A DNA stretch of 64,000 nt, taken from NCBI GenBank assembly GCA_963804185.1, contig CAWDPM010000018.1:156848-220847 (forward strand), in the 5' to 3' direction. The first letter of the stretch is position 1; every line of letters starts with the position of its first letter. The position numbers and the translations under genes are program-made. This document shows, piece by piece, positions 50,198 through 58,632 of this stretch. The stretch comes from an uncultured Candidatus Rokubacteria bacterium. GTDB taxonomy: Bacteria; Methylomirabilota; Methylomirabilia; Rokubacteriales; DASRDR01. The notes below the pieces were generated by a model. The model was not told the DNA's origin. It ran no database searches and saw only the letters and a list, made by a program, of their open reading frames with translations.

Positions 50198-50653
50198 TCA
50201 CCTCTCGTTCTTCGGCCGGGACTTCGGCGAATCGAGGATACGCCGGATGGCGTCCAGGAGCTGATCCGGCAAACAAGGTTTCGTGATGACGAGATCGCAG
50301 CCGGCCTCGCGAGCCGTCTGCGCGTGCTCGGGCAGGGCATGCCCGGTCAGCACGACGACGGGGATCTTCTTCGTCCGGGGGTCGCGCTTCAGGCGCCGGG
50401 TGGCCTCCCAGCCGTCCATCACCGGCAGCGAGAGGTCCATGACGATGATGTCCGGCTTGAGCGCCTCGGCCTGGCGGATAGCGTCCGCGCCGTTCTCGGC
50501 CTCGGCGACTCGGAAGCCCGAAAACTTTAGGAAGAGCACGTACACCGTCCGGTTGTCCTGGACGTCGTCCACGATTAGGACGAGCGGCCCGTTCTCGTCG
50601 CCCGCCGCCACGTCCTTCCGCGTCCCGGGCTCGGCGGCGTTCTTCGTCATCAC
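50198..50653 (-). CDS. Single-domain response regulator (CheY-like receiver)
   Basis: LIVDDVQDNRTV...IIVMDLSLPVMDGWEA...KIPVVVLTGH. There is no output domain. The ATG overlaps the kinase stop (ATGA). Confidence 0.85.
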   Translation of the reverse strand: MMTKNAAEPGTRKDVAAGDENGPLVLIVDDVQDNRTVYVLFLKFSGFRVAEAENGADAIRQAEALKPDIIVMDLSLPVMDGWEATRRLKRDPRTKKIPVVVLTGHALPEHAQTAREAGCDLVITKPCLPDQLLDAIRRILDSPKSRPKNER

Positions 50654-52791
50654 CGCTTCGACCCGAGAGGGAGGATGAGGGTGAAGATGGAGCCCTGGCG
50701 GAGCTTGCTCTCGAGGGTGATCCGACCACCAAGCACCACCGCGAGGCGGCGGGAGATCGACAGTCCGAGACCAGTCCCGCCGGCCTCCCGCGTCAGAGTG
50801 GGATCGGCTTGAGAGAAGGCCTCGAAGATCCGTGCCTGATCCGCCTCCGCGATGCCGATGCCGGTGTCGGCGACCGCGATGGCCAACTCCCGGGTCGATC
50901 TCTGGTGCGTGCAGGAGACGGTCACCGAGCCGCGCGGCGTGAACTTGAGCGCGTTCGTGAGGAGGTTCAGGAGGATCTGCTTCACCTTCTGGCGGTCGCT
51001 CCGGATCGGGGCGAGTCCCGGCGGGACATTCGCGGTCACCGCCAGGTTCGAGCGTGCGATGAGCGGCTCGACCTCGCTCATGATCTCGTCGACCAGCTCG
51101 TTCAGCTTGATCGAGGAGAGCCGAACCGGCATCTTGCCGGCCTCGATCCGCGAGATGTCGAGGATCTCGTTGATCAGGGTCAGCAGGTGGCGGCCGTTGG
51201 CGTCGATGCGGGCCAGGGACTCCCGCTGGGTCGGACCCAGCGGGCCCGAGACGCCGCGGAGGAGCAGGCTCGTGTAGCCGAGGATGGCATTGAGGGGTGT
51301 CCGCACGTCGTGGGAGACGTTGGCCAGGAACTGGGACTTGGCCACCGACGCCTGCTCCAGCTCGATGGCCTGCCGGCGGAGGAGCTCGTTCTGGTGGGCG
51401 AGCGCCGATGTCGCCTCCTGGACCCGTCGCTCGAGCTGGGCCGAGGCCGCCTTAAGCTGCTCGTAGAGCTGCTCGCGCTCGATGGCCTCCGCCCGGTCGT
51501 GAAGGATGGTGACGATGGCCGACACCTCGGCGGAGTCGCCGTACACTGTACCCGACACGGCCTCCATCGGCACCTGCTGACCCGTCTTGGGGTCGACGAG
51601 GTTCACGCCGCCGTGGTACCGCGACTGTCCGGTCTTCCCGAAGAGGAGGTTCGACACGAACGAGGTGAAGTGCGCGTCGTTCGCCTGGACGCGCTGGGTC
51701 TCGGCCGGGCTCGCGTTCTCGGAGGTGGAGAAGAGGCGCTCGGCCGGAGTGTTCATCATCACGAGGTTGCCTGAGGGGTCGGTGACGAGGATGGGATCGG
51801 CGACCGAGTCGATGACGAGATCAAGCCGGTCGCGCTCGGCCCGAACTTCCGCCTCCGTGGCGCGCAGCTTCCGGTAGTTCTCCTGGATCTCCAGGGTCGC
51901 GCGCCGGAGGTCGGACACGTTCCGCAGGATGGACACGATGCCCATGCCAATGCGCGCGTCCCCGGCCGTCGTGCTGATCAGCTCGAAGAGCAGATCCGAC
52001 CCCTCGGTGGGGTCCACCAGCGCGAGCTCGTGGGGCGCCGACCGCAGGGGCTCCACGGCGCTTCGGCCGAGCGCCGACGAGAACAGGATGTTATTGATGG
52101 CCACCGCCCGGCGGCGGCCCTCGCTCTCGTCCTCCCGCGTGGCGAAGAGGCGCTCGGCTCGCGCGTTCGCGATGACCATGCGACCCTCGGTGTCGGTCAG
52201 CATGATCGGATCGGTCACCCGGTCGAGGACGCTGTGGAGAAGATCGCGCTCTCGGCGAAGGCGCCGCTCGGCCTCGACGCTGGTGGCACTCATCCGCGCG
52301 CGCGCGAGCCGGTACCCGAGATACTCGGATGCCCATGCGAGCTCGTGCCGGTTCGCGGTGACCGGGCGGACCAGCAGTAGCCCCGTCGGCGCCTCCACTT
52401 CGGCCTGAGTGCCATGGAGCGGCATGGCCAGGATGGGCGGACGCCCGGAGAAGAGTGGCCCCGTCGTCTCCCTGGACACCACGACGGGTTGCGACGCGGA
52501 CAGGACACGGACCAGGGGATGCTCCCGCGCCTCCAGGTCGAGCGTGAAGCCGTTGACGGCTTCATGCAGAGCGCCTCGGGCCGCCAGGTGAATCAGCCGT
52601 GTTCGATCCGCGTCCAGCACGAGACAGCGGCCCTCTCGCAAGCCCGCGTGTTCCGTGAGCCACTCGAGACATCGCCGGACCATCTCGGCCGCGTCTTCAC
52701 AGGCAAGGAGAAACTCCAGGAGCGCGAGCCGCTCCTCAGGTCCCGGCTCGGGCCGTCGCGCCGGTCGCGCCGACGCAGCGCCGCGCGTCAC
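50650..52791 (-). CDS. Cytoplasmic multi-sensor histidine kinase (GAF-like + two PAS + HisKA + HATPase_c)
   Basis: No TM helices. The PAS cores are LDRVTDPIMLTDTEGRMVIANARAERLF and IDSVADPILVTDPSGNLVMMNTPAERLF. The H-box is FLANVSHDVRTPLNAILGY. N, G1 and G2 boxes are present (LLNLLTNALKFT, DTGIGI, GGTGLGLSI). Confidence 0.85.
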   Translation of the reverse strand: MTRGAASARPARRPEPGPEERLALLEFLLACEDAAEMVRRCLEWLTEHAGLREGRCLVLDADRTRLIHLAARGALHEAVNGFTLDLEAREHPLVRVLSASQPVVVSRETTGPLFSGRPPILAMPLHGTQAEVEAPTGLLLVRPVTANRHELAWASEYLGYRLARARMSATSVEAERRLRRERDLLHSVLDRVTDPIMLTDTEGRMVIANARAERLFATREDESEGRRRAVAINNILFSSALGRSAVEPLRSAPHELALVDPTEGSDLLFELISTTAGDARIGMGIVSILRNVSDLRRATLEIQENYRKLRATEAEVRAERDRLDLVIDSVADPILVTDPSGNLVMMNTPAERLFSTSENASPAETQRVQANDAHFTSFVSNLLFGKTGQSRYHGGVNLVDPKTGQQVPMEAVSGTVYGDSAEVSAIVTILHDRAEAIEREQLYEQLKAASAQLERRVQEATSALAHQNELLRRQAIELEQASVAKSQFLANVSHDVRTPLNAILGYTSLLLRGVSGPLGPTQRESLARIDANGRHLLTLINEILDISRIEAGKMPVRLSSIKLNELVDEIMSEVEPLIARSNLAVTANVPPGLAPIRSDRQKVKQILLNLLTNALKFTPRGSVTVSCTHQRSTRELAIAVADTGIGIAEADQARIFEAFSQADPTLTREAGGTGLGLSISRRLAVVLGGRITLESKLRQGSIFTLILPLGSKR

Positions 52792-52794
52792 GGT

Positions 52795-53103
52795 CTAGGC
52801 GGGCTGGGGCGTCCGCCGCGCCCCACGGGGCCGCGTGGCGCCCGAGAGTGTGGCCGCGAGTTGCGCCCGGAGGGCGGCGTTCTCGGCGAGGACGGCTTCC
52901 TGGGAGATGACCGCGGCCGTCCGTGACACTGGTGGTAGCTGCGCTACCCACTCCGAGTACCTCAGGTAGGTGTCGATCGAGGCCACCACGGCTCGTGCCT
53001 CGACCGTGATCAGGTCGATGCCCATGAGAAGTCCCTTGTCGAGGACCCGGTCGAGCAGGTCGACAAGACCGGTGCCCCGCTGTCCCGCTAGATCGGTCCG
53101 CAC
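52795..53103 (-). CDS. GvpA/GvpJ-family small protein (gas vesicle structural protein homologue)
   Basis: LVDLLDRVLDKGLLMGIDLITVEARAVVASIDTYLRYSEWV matches the GvpA core (L.dvLdriLDkG.v..........iEaR.viASveTYLryaEa). The beta-hairpin region is about 9 aa shorter than in canonical GvpA. The 45-aa C-terminal extension is GvpJ-like. Its stop abuts the kinase start. Confidence 0.7.
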   Translation of the reverse strand: MRTDLAGQRGTGLVDLLDRVLDKGLLMGIDLITVEARAVVASIDTYLRYSEWVAQLPPVSRTAAVISQEAVLAENAALRAQLAATLSGATRPRGARRTPQPA

Positions 53104-53235
53104 GTTTCGGGCCCACCCCTTTCACGCCAGTAGCGACCCGATGAGCTGAGGGGCCCCGCCGAAGGGACCGCCGCCCGCCCCGAAGACCCGATGCGGTGCC
53201 AGGATAGTCGACGACCCCGCCCACCGCAAGGTCGC

Positions 53236-53266
53236 GGGTCAGGCGTGGGTCAGGCGGGACGGTCAG
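53236..53266. promoter_or_regulatory. Triple GGTCAG direct repeat in the 500-bp leader upstream of the gvpJ-like operon
   Basis: cGGGTCAGgcgtGGGTCAGgcgggacGGTCAG with 11-13 bp spacing, 130-165 bp upstream (operon sense) of the GvpA/J-like start. Confidence 0.25.
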
Positions 53267-53600
53267 CTGGGACATGCCGCCCAAGCAAGCGGCATCGATC
53301 GTGGGATCTGACCTTCGATGCGTGCAGGGAAGCGCGATCGAGGGCTCACCCTCAGAACTGAGTTTCGAGCGCTGGGGACCGCGTTCCAAGGCAAGAGTCG
53401 ACTCTCTTGGCGCGAGCTCCTCACGGTGGGGAACGCGATCTGGCCCAGCTGATCAAGGACGGCTGTCCCAGGGATGATTTGCGCCGGCGATCGGCGTCGT
53501 GCGCTGGAGAGGCCCCGTCCGTCGCGACGATATGGCGCGTGGACGACGCACATCATAGGCCCGTCGGACGTCGGAGTGCCCGGAAGAACTCGAGCCGATT

Positions 53601-54089
53601 TCAGCTCCTGGGCCGGGGTGTCTCGCGTCCGGGCGGCGTGGGACCGTGCCGCCGGGGGATCACGGAAATCTCGCCGCTCCGCTCGAGGATGGCTTCTTCG
53701 ATGTCCTCCACGCGCGCCACCCCGTGCCGCTCGCGGGCCGAGGCCAGGATGTCGTCCATGTCGACGCGCTCACGCGCCATGTCCTCGTCCCGCGGCTTCC
53801 CGTTCCGGAAGAGGACCAGCGGCACGCCATCGATCAGGGCCTCGAGGCGCGGTGACCGTCGCTTGACCAGCGACAGCCCGATGTCCAGGAGGACCAGGGT
53901 GAAGACGATGAGTGCGGCGTTCGTGAGGGAGTAGTCGTTTCCGACCAGGCCGTTCTGGATGGCCTCGCTGATGATCAAGAGCAGCACCAGGTCGAAGGTC
54001 GTGGTGTGAGCGAGTGTCCGCTTGCCAGCCACCCGGAACAGTCCGAGCAGGAGGACGTACACGATCCCGGCCCGCACGACGGACTCCAT
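53601..54089 (-). CDS. DUF421 (YetF-like) membrane protein
   Basis: N-terminal TM pair, then the conserved DUF421 region LVLLLIISEAIQNGLVGNDYSLTNAALIVFTLVLLD and a C-terminal soluble domain. Confidence 0.65.
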   Translation of the reverse strand: MESVVRAGIVYVLLLGLFRVAGKRTLAHTTTFDLVLLLIISEAIQNGLVGNDYSLTNAALIVFTLVLLDIGLSLVKRRSPRLEALIDGVPLVLFRNGKPRDEDMARERVDMDDILASARERHGVARVEDIEEAILERSGEISVIPRRHGPTPPGRETPRPRS

Positions 54090-54107
54090 GGCCTTACCAA
54101 TCCCCGG

Positions 54108-54611
54108 CTAGGGGTAGACCCACTGGCGGAACCTCACTCCAGGTCCCGCCTCCAGGCCGATCCCCGCCCACCGCGTGCCGCTCCCCTCCGGGACAAGGTG
54201 GATCGTCACCGTCATCTGCTCCCTTGGCTCGCGCGGACTGACCTCGAATCCCCAGGTGATGCGGTCGCCGGCACCCTGGACCCGGCGCGGCGGCGGAAGC
54301 ACGCTGTCAACCTTCATCGCCTCGAGATAGGGTCGGGCTAGCCATAGAGCGAGGGTCGATGACTCCGCACTCGCCGGCCGCAGGTGTACCCGGAGAGTGG
54401 TTCGGGTATCCCGACGGACGAAGCGCTCGTAGTCCACCCGAACCGCGCCGTCCGCGCTCGTCACCGATGTCGGGCTGAGGGGGCCGGATCCCAGGAGCCC
54501 GGCGAGACCCGCCAGAAGGACGAGCGCCATCAGACCCCACGCGACTCGCTGAGCCTGCCACTCTCGTCGCAGGAACACGGCAGGGACGGCCGAATCGAGC
54601 TGTCGCTTCAC
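54108..54611 (-). CDS. Hypothetical membrane-anchored protein (167 aa, GTG start)
   Basis: One N-terminal TM helix (WGLMALVLLAGLAGLLG), then a beta-rich domain. It lies directly upstream of and co-oriented with the DUF421 gene. The longer ORF to 55115 overlaps pafA antisense and is rejected. Confidence 0.4.
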   Translation of the reverse strand: MKRQLDSAVPAVFLRREWQAQRVAWGLMALVLLAGLAGLLGSGPLSPTSVTSADGAVRVDYERFVRRDTRTTLRVHLRPASAESSTLALWLARPYLEAMKVDSVLPPPRRVQGAGDRITWGFEVSPREPREQMTVTIHLVPEGSGTRWAGIGLEAGPGVRFRQWVYP

Positions 54612-54762
54612 CGCAGCTCCTCTTTGGTGCAAGAGGGCTGCCACGGGCCCGCCCTGTCCGCGGTCACGACATGCTGTCGACTGCAACCCCGAAGTTGGCA
54701 ACGCCCCGGACTGGCCTGGCGGCTGGGGGGCACGCCCCTTGCTACCGTCTCGTCGGGTTGAG

Positions 54763-56112
54763 ATGAATCGTCGGATCTTCGGCCTCGAAAGCGAGTACGG
54801 CCTTACTTGCACGCATGAGGGCCGGCCTGTCCTGGCCCCCGATATACTCGCGCGATTCCTGTTCGAGGAAGTCGTCCCGGGTCCGAGGTATCCGAATGTC
54901 TTCCTGGAGAACGGCGGCCGGCTGTACGTGGATACCGGCTTCCATCCTGAGTACGCCACGCCGGAATGCGACGACCTCATCGAGCTCGTGGCATACGACC
55001 GGGCGGGCGAGCGGCTCGTCGAGGACCTCGTGTGGCGGGCCGATCGGCGACTCAAGAACGACGGGATCACTGGGCGAATCCAGGCGTTCAAGAACAACAC
55101 GGACTCCGCCGGCAACTCCTACGGCTGTCACGAGAACTACCTCGTGTCGCGTGGCACGCCCTTCCCCCGTCTGGTGGAGGCGCTGATTCCCTTCCTTGTC
55201 AGCCGTCAGGCCTTCGCGGGCGCCGGCAAGATCCATCGCGGCCGGCGCGGCGTGGAGTACCACCTGAGCCAGCGCGCCGACCATATCGTCGACGAGGTGT
55301 CGGGAACCACGGTGTCCGGCCGACCCATCATCGACACGCGCGACGAGCCGCACGCGGACGGCGGGCGGTTTCGCCGCCTCCACGTGATCGTCGGCGACTC
55401 CAACATGTCCGACGTGGCGACCTACCTCAAGGTCGGCACCACTGCCCTCGTGCTCGATATGGTCGAGGACGGGTTCTTCGACCAGGACGTCGGGCTCGAG
55501 TCCGCCGTCGACGCCCTGCACACCATCTCGAGGGATCCTTCGCTTCGCGAGCCGGTGCGGCTCAAGGACGGTCGCGCCTACACGGCCCTCGAGATCCAGC
55601 TCGCCTACCTGGAGAGGTGCCAGGCCCACGAGCACCGGGTCGGGGGCGACGCGACCTCGCGGGCAGTGCTGAGGCGGTGGAGCGACGTCCTGGCGGGGCT
55701 CGCGCAGGACCCGCCGGCGGCGCAGCGCGAGGTGGACTGGGCCATCAAGCGCTCCCTGATCGAGCGCTACATGACGAAGCATGCCTGCTCGCTCGAGGAT
55801 CCCCGTGTCGCCCAGCTGGACCTCCAGTACCACGACATCCGCGCGGGACGCGGTCTCTACCATCTCCTTGCCCGGCACGGCGAGGTCGGGACGCTTGTCC
55901 GCGACGAAGTTGTCGAGCGGGCGAAGCACCGCCCGCCCCAGACCACTCGGGCGCGCCTGCGTGGCGACTTCGTCCGCCGCGCGAACCTTCTGGGGTGGGA
56001 GTACCAGGTGGATTGGGCCTACGTGAGGACGCTGGGTCCGGACAGCGAGACCATCCTCTGTCCAGACCCCTTCCTTGCCCACGACGAGCGAGTGGAGCGG
56101 CTAGCGGCCTGA
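54763..56112 (+). CDS. pafA: Pup-protein ligase PafA (PafA/Dop family, carboxylate-amine ligase fold)
   Basis: MNRRIFGLESEYGLTC...YPNVFLENGGRLYVDTGFHPEYATPECD...AFKNNTDSAGNSYGCHENYLV closely tracks the PafA N-terminal and catalytic regions. The Dop deamidase alternative is not fully excluded. Confidence 0.8.
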   Translation: MNRRIFGLESEYGLTCTHEGRPVLAPDILARFLFEEVVPGPRYPNVFLENGGRLYVDTGFHPEYATPECDDLIELVAYDRAGERLVEDLVWRADRRLKNDGITGRIQAFKNNTDSAGNSYGCHENYLVSRGTPFPRLVEALIPFLVSRQAFAGAGKIHRGRRGVEYHLSQRADHIVDEVSGTTVSGRPIIDTRDEPHADGGRFRRLHVIVGDSNMSDVATYLKVGTTALVLDMVEDGFFDQDVGLESAVDALHTISRDPSLREPVRLKDGRAYTALEIQLAYLERCQAHEHRVGGDATSRAVLRRWSDVLAGLAQDPPAAQREVDWAIKRSLIERYMTKHACSLEDPRVAQLDLQYHDIRAGRGLYHLLARHGEVGTLVRDEVVERAKHRPPQTTRARLRGDFVRRANLLGWEYQVDWAYVRTLGPDSETILCPDPFLAHDERVERLAA

Positions 56113-56136
56113 CCGGGCAGGACGAGGTGGCGCCCG

Positions 56137-56817
56137 CTAGGAAGCGCGAGCGGACGACGCGCCGCTCGGCCGGCTCTGGAGCGGATGCCGCGGGGCGCTC
56201 GGGGCCCCGGGCGAGACCAGGCGTTCGAGGTCGAGCCGGTGCGAGGGCTTGATGTCAGCCCTGAACACCCGCCGCATGTACATGAGTGCCCGCCGATTGG
56301 CCTGCCGATCTGCCGACGCCACGCAATCCCCCGGCACGAACAGGCGATAGGCCCGGAGGTATGCGTCGGCGGCGGTCAGGAGGACGCACGCGTCCCCCGC
56401 GAGGCCGGCCAGGACCAGGCTCCTCGCTCCCAGGTGCGTCAGCAGCAGCTCGAGCGGCGTCGCGTAGAAACCGGAGTGCTTCGGCTTGACGACGGCGTAG
56501 TCGTCGCGCTGGGGCTCGAGCAATCTCACGACGGGCCGACCACGGACCGGCTCCTGGAGACACCGGCGCACCACGGCGCTGAACTCCGACCGCCACTTCC
56601 CGAAGTTATCGTTCACGTAGACCACAGGAATTCCGAGGTCCTTGCATCGACGCTTGAGCCGGGCGAGCCGCCGCGCCATGGGCAGCGCGTGGCGCAGCAC
56701 GCTCCCGCCCTCGGGAAACTCTAGGTCGTTGACGACATCGATCAGGAGGAGGGCGACCGGCGCGGTATCCGGGGCATTGCCGTGAAGGTCGTCGTCACCA
56801 GTCGTCTTCCGTGGCAT
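56137..56817 (-). CDS. Isochorismatase-family cysteine hydrolase
   Basis: ALLLIDVVNDLEF...PVVYVNDNFGKW...SGFYATPLELLL...LVLAGLAGDACVLLTAADAY is the isochorismatase/CSHase fold with its catalytic Cys. Confidence 0.75.
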   Translation of the reverse strand: MPRKTTGDDDLHGNAPDTAPVALLLIDVVNDLEFPEGGSVLRHALPMARRLARLKRRCKDLGIPVVYVNDNFGKWRSEFSAVVRRCLQEPVRGRPVVRLLEPQRDDYAVVKPKHSGFYATPLELLLTHLGARSLVLAGLAGDACVLLTAADAYLRAYRLFVPGDCVASADRQANRRALMYMRRVFRADIKPSHRLDLERLVSPGAPSAPRHPLQSRPSGASSARAS

Positions 56818-57032
56818 GGCGTCAGGCGTCAGCGATCATGCGTGCCGTGACCGGGGAACCGGGAACCATCCACGCGCACCGCGTATCCATGAGGATCAGA
56901 GACGGCTCTCTTGCTGGGGTATCCGCAAGTGTCGTGCCCGCGACGCTCGGCGGCCGGCGAGGTGTCATGCATCAATACAAGACGCCACCACTGACTCGGC
57001 GTCGGCACACACCTTGCTCGGGTGACTGTGCC

Positions 57033-58115
57033 ATGACGGACGCAGTCCGACGAGACATGAGGCGGGGGCGGGCACGCCCTTGTCAGGATGATCCTTCCGC
57101 CACGGCGCAGGCGGCGCACCTGCGCCATGTGACCGATGCCCAGCCCGGCATCCGCCGGCTACGCGCGGGTCGGGGATTCCGCTACGTGAGTGCCGATGGA
57201 GCGCCCGTCCGCGATCCCGCGATCCTTCGCCGGATCCGTGCGCTGGCAATCCCGCCCGCCTGGCAGGCCGTCTGGATCTGTCCGGCGGCGCACGGACACC
57301 TGCAAGCCGTCGGGCGCGACCGCCGGGGGCGCAAGCAGTACCGCTACCATTCGCGGTGGCGCGCCGTCCGGGACGAGACGAAGTACGCTCGGCTCGTCGA
57401 GTTCGCCCGGGCGCTGCCCCGCATTCGCACTCGCGTGCGAGCCGACCTGGCCCGGCGGGGCCTGGCTCGCGAGACGGTGCTCGCGACGGTGGTCCGATTG
57501 CTCGAGAGCACGGCCATCCGTGTTGGCAACCAGGAATATGCGCGGCAGAACGGCTCCTTCGGGCTCACGACGCTGCGTAACCGGCACGTGACCGTCCAGG
57601 GCTCGCAGCTCTGCTTCGAGTTCCGGGGGAAAGGCGGGAAGCGCCACTGCGTGAAGGTCAGCGACCGTCGCATCGCCGCGATCGTCCGCCGGTGCCAGGA
57701 CCTCCCGGGCCAGGAGCTGTTCCAGTACCGCGACGAGTCGGGTCAGAGCCAGACGATCGACTCCGCCGACATTAACGCCTATCTGCGAGAGATCGGCGGC
57801 GGCCCTTTCACCGCCAAGGACTTTCGAACCTGGGTCGGCACCGTCCTCGCGACTCGCATCCTCGCGGGGAGAAGACAACCGGCGCCGACGCGAGCCGCTC
57901 GGCTGCGGCGTGTGCGTGAAGCCATCGCACATGTCAGCCTCCAGCTCGGCAACACGCCCACGATCTGCCGCAAGTGTTATGTGCATCCGGTGGTCATCGA
58001 GACGTATCTGGAGAAACGGTCCCGTCGCCGCCCCCATCGGCACCTCATCCGGCGTGGGCTTCGACGTGACGAGCTCTCGGCACTGTCGATCCTCAGCGAG
58101 AGGGTGGCTGCCTAG
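57033..58115 (+). CDS. Bacterial (poxvirus-type) DNA topoisomerase IB
   Basis: RGFRY...IPPAWQ.VWIC....GHLQAVGRDRRGRKQYRYH, catalytic-region residues, and the C-terminal active-site Tyr context LGNTPTICRKCYVHP, as in bacterial TopIB. The start is chosen at MTDAVRRD. Confidence 0.7.
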   Translation: MTDAVRRDMRRGRARPCQDDPSATAQAAHLRHVTDAQPGIRRLRAGRGFRYVSADGAPVRDPAILRRIRALAIPPAWQAVWICPAAHGHLQAVGRDRRGRKQYRYHSRWRAVRDETKYARLVEFARALPRIRTRVRADLARRGLARETVLATVVRLLESTAIRVGNQEYARQNGSFGLTTLRNRHVTVQGSQLCFEFRGKGGKRHCVKVSDRRIAAIVRRCQDLPGQELFQYRDESGQSQTIDSADINAYLREIGGGPFTAKDFRTWVGTVLATRILAGRRQPAPTRAARLRRVREAIAHVSLQLGNTPTICRKCYVHPVVIETYLEKRSRRRPHRHLIRRGLRRDELSALSILSERVAA

Positions 58116-58474
58116 CCTGGGCGTCGCGCCAGTGTGTCGCAGCCGCGACCTCGCGTCGCGACGAGGATCGACAAGCGGAAGCTGCCGTCCCGGGGCTGCC
58201 TGCTCGACATTACCGGCTCGCTGCGGGCATGAGGCTTGCGTCTGCGCGAGGACGAGGTGGATGCCGCTGGCAACGTGCCGACAGCGTGGACGAGGAGGGC
58301 GTAGGTGAGACGGTGGCCACGCCTGATTGGGATGTCGTAGACGAGATTGGTCGGGCGCTTCGGCGTGGAGCAGGAGTCGGATGCCGAGGTGCGCAACTCG
58401 GAGGAGCTTTTGCGCGACCGCGACGGGCGCCGCTGGCAGCTGGAGCGTGAGGCTGCGGAGGAGAACCGCTCGGC

Positions 58475-58618
58475 ATGAAAGGACCCTGGTTCGAGATCCT
58501 CGGAGTGGCCGCCATCGTTGCGCTGGCCGTGGCTGTGTGGCGGGGGCGGCATCGGCGAAGGGGCCTCCGCATCGCGGCCGAAGAGGCCCGCATGGAGCCG
58601 GCGCCCGTCGTGTACTGA
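58475..58618 (+). CDS. Possible small single-TM protein (47 aa)
   Basis: MKGPWFEILGVAAIVALAVAVWRGRHRRRG... with an RBS-like GGAGGA 14 nt upstream. Unsupported beyond composition. Confidence 0.2.
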   Translation: MKGPWFEILGVAAIVALAVAVWRGRHRRRGLRIAAEEARMEPAPVVY

Positions 58619-58632
58619 TCTACGTTCTTGTC

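Noticed and set aside
50194-50340. N-terminal 49 codons of ORF 49210-50340 overlapping the receiver gene
   Set aside because: It overlaps the well-supported CheY-like gene in another frame. The start was moved to the GTG at 50193.
54612-55115. N-terminal extension of ORF 54108-55115 on the minus strand
   Set aside because: It overlaps pafA antisense with low-complexity sequence. The gene was trimmed to the GTG at 54611, which precedes a clear TM anchor.
58480-58500. tRNA-like T-arm string GGTTCGAGATCC
   Set aside because: No acceptor stem or anticodon arm can be folded around it. It lies inside a small ORF and the spacing is wrong for a T-loop. No tRNA was identified anywhere in the window by eye.
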